In this document: positions 17,200-21,245 of the stretch, piece by piece
How the letters are laid out: each line of letters begins with the position of its first letter
Numbering within the stretch: position 1 is the stretch's first letter
Assembly (NCBI GenBank): GCA_043754515.1
Contig: JAYUUO010000296.1
Span: 1-21,245 of the forward strand
From: Armatimonadota bacterium
GTDB taxonomy: Bacteria; Armatimonadota; Armatimonadia; Armatimonadales; Armatimonadaceae
DNA: 21,245 nucleotides
Direction: 5' to 3'
Made by a program: the position numbers and the translations under genes
Notes under the pieces: model-generated
What the model saw: the letters and a program-made list of their open reading frames with translations, nothing else
What the model was told of the DNA's origin: nothing
Database searches by the model: none

Positions 17200-17625
17200 A
17201 TGGATTGGATTCTCGCCCCCGCCTTGCGCCGCCTCCCTGCGTCCGCGCTTCCGGATCGGGCACGGGCGAATACCGCCGCCCGCGCACTACTCGCTGAGTC
17301 AGGTCGCCCCGATGCCGAAGTGTCCGTGCTGTTGACCGACGATCCCGGCATACATGCGCTCAACAAACGGTGGCGCGGCTACGACAGGCCGACCGACGTG
17401 CTCTCCTGGCCGCTGGAAGAAGGAGACGTGCTCGGCGATGTCGCCATCTCGCTCGACACGGCAAGGCGGCAAGCCGAAACGCGCGGGTGGATGGTGGAGG
17501 AGGAGATCGCGCTACTCCTCGTCCACGGCGTGCTCCACCTGCTCGGGCACGAGGACGAGACCGAGGCGGGCGCGGAGGGGATGCGCGTCATCGAACGCCA
17601 GCTAATCGGCAAGCCACTTGATTAA
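17200..17625 (+). CDS. ybeY: rRNA maturation endoribonuclease YbeY (alternative in-frame start at 17182)
   Basis: I..LN..WRG.D.PTDVLSWP, LGDVAIS...A..QA, LLVHGVLHLLGH. Confidence 0.93.
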   Translation: MDWILAPALRRLPASALPDRARANTAARALLAESGRPDAEVSVLLTDDPGIHALNKRWRGYDRPTDVLSWPLEEGDVLGDVAISLDTARRQAETRGWMVEEEIALLLVHGVLHLLGHEDETEAGAEGMRVIERQLIGKPLD

Positions 17626-17642
17626 TCGGGTATGGACGCCGC

Positions 17643-18131
17643 TCACAAATCGGCCTCGACTTCCGTGATGCGCCACGGCTGGGGAATGAGACGCCGCCAG
17701 AGTTCCGCTCTTCGGATAGGCGTTAATATCGCCGCTCGACCGACCCACCAATCGCGCCACCAGTCGCCCCCGCTCCATCGTTCGCCGCTACTCCATCGTG
17801 CATAAAGGCGCGGCGGGGTCAGCCCTATCCCCTCGATACACAATCCTAATTCGGATATTGAGACCGAATATTCTTCCTCATTTCCGTCTTCGGATTCCCA
17901 AAACAGGAGATATAACGTGTCATCTTCCTCGTCGTAAGAACAACACTCAAACGGGTTCAGATCAGTCGGCATATTCTCGAGTGCCCATCGCTCCGCTCCC
18001 GCGCGATCAAAGAACGCGCGCCGGGGAAGCGACGTCTTCGTCCGATGCACGTATGGTCCGACGATGCGCCGCTCGCTGATGAACGGCGAAAAGTCGCTAC
18101 GCGCCTCGACTATAAACAGGGATTGGCTCAC
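17643..18131 (-). CDS. Trp-rich hypothetical protein, array member B' (162 aa)
   Basis: GTG at 18131 overlaps the upstream TGA (GTGA). Motifs LFIV...P.RAF.DRA.AE..NPFE...GL.PP...WRDWW...RAELW...PW.I.EVEADL. Confidence 0.8.
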   Translation of the reverse strand: MSQSLFIVEARSDFSPFISERRIVGPYVHRTKTSLPRRAFFDRAGAERWALENMPTDLNPFECCSYDEEDDTLYLLFWESEDGNEEEYSVSISELGLCIEGIGLTPPRLYARWSSGERWSGGDWWRDWWVGRAAILTPIRRAELWRRLIPQPWRITEVEADL

Positions 18132-18613
18132 TCGACCTCCACGGCGGCGATCTCGAAGAACCGTATTTTGTCGAACAGGTCCCAGACTGTTTGCGTCCTG
18201 TTCTGTTTCCGCGCCTCGTCCCATAGCGAGGACCACCAGCCCCCGTCCCACCACTCGTAGCTGGAGGCCGGGTCAGACCTCTCGCCTGGCACCGGGTTGT
18301 ACGGGGGCGGTTCAGAAAAACCACTGGCCCGAAGCCCGGCCAAAATATCGCTTTCAAACAGCGTGCTGATCTCGGTGAGCGTGCCGAACGTGATGAAGAG
18401 GTTCTCACTCCACCAGGAGAACGAGTCGTTGCCCTGCCACCACTTCTCGTCCAGCTGCGCGTCGCGGGCCTCTTGCTCCAGTATGAGGCGGTAGTCCTCA
18501 GCCATTCGCGGATCGGCGAACGCCTTTAACGGCGTCTCATCACCGGGATAATGCCAGCCGTCGTTGTACTCCCAGTGGACGCGCTGGACGATGTAAACGG
18601 TTCGTGTCGCCAT
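18128..18613 (-). CDS. Trp-rich hypothetical protein, array member A' (161 aa)
   Basis: VYIVQRVHWEYNDGWHY...PLKAFAD...AE.YRL...TFG.L..I.TL...GWW..LW...VWDLFDKIRFFEI; clear paralog of 19157-19591. Confidence 0.85.
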   Translation of the reverse strand: MATRTVYIVQRVHWEYNDGWHYPGDETPLKAFADPRMAEDYRLILEQEARDAQLDEKWWQGNDSFSWWSENLFITFGTLTEISTLFESDILAGLRASGFSEPPPYNPVPGERSDPASSYEWWDGGWWSSLWDEARKQNRTQTVWDLFDKIRFFEIAAVEVE

Positions 18614-18617
18614 TCGT

Positions 18618-19160
18618 CTACAACCCCGCCTCCAGTTCCATGATCAAGTACGGGTTGTCGGTAAAGACCTGCCAAACAGCGGCGCGTTGGGCGTCGGTCA
18701 TCGTCGAGACTGTTTCGGTCCACCAATCGCGCCATATCTCGAGCCGACTGTCACCACCCGGCAGAGCGGCGGGTGGCGGCAAGCCCGCGCCCTTTACCGC
18801 CGCGATCAGCACCGACTCGACGACGCGCCGCCCGGAATCAAGCGTGCGCCCGTCCACTTCGAGCGGCTCCGATAAATCACCGAGCGTGCCGTCCGCGCCG
18901 ACATAGGACTCCCAGTGCATCTCGTCCGGTCCCGCGTACACAGTGAAGGATCCCGTGGTCGCTAAATCAGAAAACAGATCGAGTGCCTGTGTATCGAACG
19001 GGCTGTGCCGGGGCGCGGTATGGGTGGCGAACTCCGTAGCCTGATCTCGCGAGCCAAATAGACGTGTGTTGGCCTCGGCGTTGAATTTCGCGCTTGTATC
19101 ATCGTAATCGACGCGGTTAAACGCCTCGCGCAAACGAACAAGGTACACTGTGTCGCTCAT
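18618..19160 (-). CDS. Trp-rich hypothetical protein, array member B (180 aa)
   Basis: ATG at 19160 overlaps the upstream TGA (ATGA). MSDTVYLV...RLFGSRDQA..FA..SPFD...GLPPP...WRDWW...QRAAVW...NPY.I.ELEAGL. Confidence 0.8.
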   Translation of the reverse strand: MSDTVYLVRLREAFNRVDYDDTSAKFNAEANTRLFGSRDQATEFATHTAPRHSPFDTQALDLFSDLATTGSFTVYAGPDEMHWESYVGADGTLGDLSEPLEVDGRTLDSGRRVVESVLIAAVKGAGLPPPAALPGGDSRLEIWRDWWTETVSTMTDAQRAAVWQVFTDNPYLIMELEAGL

Positions 19161-19591
19161 AACTCGGCCTCGACTTCCACGACTTCGTGGAAACGTACCT
19201 TGTCGAAGAGTTGCCACACGGCGTCGCGCTTCTCCGACGTGTCCACGGCCGCCCACAGGTTCCGCCACCAGCCGCTGTTGCCGTCCGGCCCCGCGTCGCT
19301 TTCCGAGACGTACTCTGGTAGCCCGAGGGTGAGAAGTCGCCGATCAATCTCGTCGTCTCCCAGCGTTGTCAACGCGCCGAAGGAGCCGAACGTTTCCTCC
19401 AGATTACACGACCAATAGCCCTCATCTTCGTCTGCGACGATGCTCTCGCGCGAATCGTTCTCGCGCAGAAGGCGGAAGGCTTCGGCGTCGTCGCGGCTCG
19501 CGAACGCCTTGCGGGGGATCGCGCCGTCCTCGTAATGCCACTGATCATCGTAGGCCCAATTTATTTCCTGCACCAGATAGAGCGTCCGCAT
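19157..19591 (-). CDS. Trp-rich hypothetical protein, array member A (144 aa)
   Basis: LYLVQEINWAYDDQWHY...PRKAFASRDDAEAFRL...TFGSF..LTTL...LGLPE...GWWRNLW...VWQLFDKVRFHEVVEVEAEL. Confidence 0.85.
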   Translation of the reverse strand: MRTLYLVQEINWAYDDQWHYEDGAIPRKAFASRDDAEAFRLLRENDSRESIVADEDEGYWSCNLEETFGSFGALTTLGDDEIDRRLLTLGLPEYVSESDAGPDGNSGWWRNLWAAVDTSEKRDAVWQLFDKVRFHEVVEVEAEL

Positions 19592-19628
19592 CGGATTTCG
19601 TTTCTTTACCCTTCCGCGCCTTTGAGTG

Positions 19629-19658
19629 ATCGTAACGTTCGCGCGGCACGTTTGTCAA
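19629..19658 (-). promoter_or_regulatory. Sigma70-type promoter for the four-paralog operon
   Basis: Minus strand TTGACA (19658-19653), 18 nt, TACGAT (19634-19629), 37 nt upstream of ATG 19591. Confidence 0.6.
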
Positions 19659-19963
19659 CACATGTGAACTCCGGGAGTGTGTTGGGCGTCGCGCGGCCCC
19701 AACGAGCCTCGGGTCGTGCATACAGATTTTTCGGCAGTACATTAACTTTGGAAATCCAGTATAGATACTGTCTTTGGCAAGGAAGTAATACGCTACGGCG
19801 GAGGAGAATCTAGCCGTGGTGTTTCGCCGTACTTTGAACGTGTCCCGCTCCCGCATTCATGCCGGAGGAGCGTTCCTTGAAAACAGAATAGTGTCCCCGG
19901 AATAATCGTACGACGGATTCCTTATTTCTTGTATGCCCGCTCATCAAAAAGAGGTCAATCCCT

Positions 19964-21245
19964 TTGAAGAACAACAACTCGTTAGATAACCCGACACCAG
20001 TCACTGCCGCGTCGCGCCGCGCCTTCCTGAAGCAGACCGCCACCGTCGGTGCGCTCGCCGCCGTAGCCCTCGCCACGGGCGGCGAGGGGTTCGCCGCCGA
20101 CACGTCAGGAGGCGCGACCTCCCTTCCCCTACCGCTCCCCGAGAAATCTTTGCTCGACGAGGGCGGCATGATGCACAACCCGCCCCCTCCCAAAACCGTC
20201 GCGGCGTGGCGGAGCGAACTACGAGGCGTTGTCGCCGATCCCCGCCGCAAGGCCGCTCTCCACCTGCTCGTCGGCGAGTGCGACCTCGCGCTCCGCGAGC
20301 AGCCCGAGGACGCCCTCGCCCACTTCGCGGCGGCACGCGCCCTCGCCCCCGCTCACTCGCCCCTCCACGGGCGGGCCTGGTTCGACCACGCGTTCGCCCT
20401 GTACATGAACGGCCAGTACCGCGACGCCGCCCACTCTTTTAACGATCTGCTCCACCAGACGGACCCCGTCCCGGTCGGCTTCGACCGCCGCGCCGCCGCG
20501 TTCCGCCTGCGTCACGCCGGGGCGTGCGCCGCCGGGCACGACGCGCTCTCGGATCTGGGCATCCCGCGCCCCCGCAAGATAGACGCCCTGTGCGCGGTCG
20601 CAGGCCTGGCCGTCAGCCTCAAGGCACTCGGCCTCCCGTGCGACAAGCGGCTGATGAAGTCGGTGGTGCGGCACACCGGGCGCGGCAGTAACGACCGCGA
20701 CCTCGTGAGCGCGTGCGACAAGTTGCGGGCGATGGGCAAAGGGGATGTGCGGGCGCACGTGCTGGCGACGGACGAGGAAGGCTTGCGGCACCTGCCCAAG
20801 CCGGTGATCGCACACGTGGAGCACGACCACTTCGTGACCGTGATCGCGGCGGGCGAGGCGGGCGTCTCGTACCTATGTACGGACTGCGGCCCGTGGCCGG
20901 GCGGCCGTGTGGACCTGTCGTGGGAGCAGTGGCGGGCGATGCAGGCGGACGGCTATGTCTGCGTGGTGAAGGCGGGCGGCGAGGCGGACCGGGTACTTGC
21001 GAAGCTGCTCGCCCCGGACGCGGGCCGTGAGGAGGCGGTGGCGGGCTTCCGGTTCCCCGGCATCCGGGTGGCGATGAACCCGTTCCTGCCGGGCCAGCGG
21101 CTGGGGGGCGTGTCGGAACTGTCGGCGATGTTCCGGGGCCTGCGCGGGCATGTCGCCGCGCTCGCGGTGAACGGGCCGGGGGCGTCGGTCATGTGCGGGT
21201 TCGCGCCGGGCTACCCCACCTGCCCGCCGAACGCGTGTTGCTTAT
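19964..21245 (+). CDS. Tat-exported protein with TPR-like helices and a C39-like cysteine peptidase domain (partial, more than 427 aa; not in the ORF track)
   Basis: AAAGAGGT, 8 nt, then TTG at 19964; the frame is open to the window end. MKNNNSLDNPTPVTAASRRAFLKQTATVGALAAVALATGGEGFAA (Tat), ...ALHLLVGECDLALREQPEDALAHF...AWFDHAFALYMNGQYRDAAHSF (TPR-like), ...DALCAVAGLAVSLKALG...TGRGSN...LPKPVIAHVEHDHFVTV...YLCTDCGPWPGG...W (C39-like), ...CGFAPGYPTCPPNACCL. Confidence 0.85.
   Translation, partial: MKNNNSLDNPTPVTAASRRAFLKQTATVGALAAVALATGGEGFAADTSGGATSLPLPLPEKSLLDEGGMMHNPPPPKTVAAWRSELRGVVADPRRKAALHLLVGECDLALREQPEDALAHFAAARALAPAHSPLHGRAWFDHAFALYMNGQYRDAAHSFNDLLHQTDPVPVGFDRRAAAFRLRHAGACAAGHDALSDLGIPRPRKIDALCAVAGLAVSLKALGLPCDKRLMKSVVRHTGRGSNDRDLVSACDKLRAMGKGDVRAHVLATDEEGLRHLPKPVIAHVEHDHFVTVIAAGEAGVSYLCTDCGPWPGGRVDLSWEQWRAMQADGYVCVVKAGGEADRVLAKLLAPDAGREEAVAGFRFPGIRVAMNPFLPGQRLGGVSELSAMFRGLRGHVAALAVNGPGASVMCGFAPGYPTCPPNACCL

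Noticed and set aside
17643..19591. CRISPR array, DGR or integron cassette array as the explanation for the paralog repeat
   Set aside because: There are no regularly spaced DNA repeats, no reverse transcriptase or integrase, and the genes overlap, leaving no room for attC sites.
19877..19906. TTGAAA-18-AATAAT as the promoter of the Tat-C39 gene
   Set aside because: The -10 lacks the conserved first T and the spacer is AT-rich, so the match is too weak to call.
19810..21192. Minus-strand ORFs (146, 203, 111, 92 aa and others) at the right end
   Set aside because: They are antisense to the uninterrupted Tat-TPR-C39 frame, which has an SD, GC-rich third codon positions and coherent motifs.
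1..21245. Genome-wide TAG reassignment
   Set aside because: Several intact genes (infB, DUF503, GH43, DUF423) end in TAG at expected C-termini, and no intact housekeeping gene here has an internal TAG.

Overview
This is a GC-rich bacterial window with Terrabacteria-type gene content; Armatimonadota is a plausible source, but that is inference only. Left end (1-1389): a decayed accessory island. A dual-OB-type gene and a DUF488 gene each carry one in-frame TAG, and two 5'-truncated divergent gene remnants are joined back to back at about 931-945. Next is a rimP-less nusA-ylxR-infB-DUF503-rbfA-nrnA operon with a structured leader, a ~400-nt structured spacer before infB, and a 213-bp palindromic element inserted in frame in rbfA. 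An exported MsrA follows. A minus-strand run encodes DUF423, GH43, a Sip1-type GH36, an acidic small protein, DUF2231 and an SDR. Then comes rpsU-pgpH-like HD phosphodiesterase-ybeY. At the right end is a translationally coupled A-B-A'-B' array of four Trp-rich paralogs of unknown function. Divergent from it is a large gene missing from the supplied ORF track (19964 to beyond 21245) encoding a Tat signal, TPR-like helices, an atypical C39 peptidase domain and a Cys-rich linker. This right-end pair is the best candidate for an undescribed (possibly polymorphic toxin/immunity) system.
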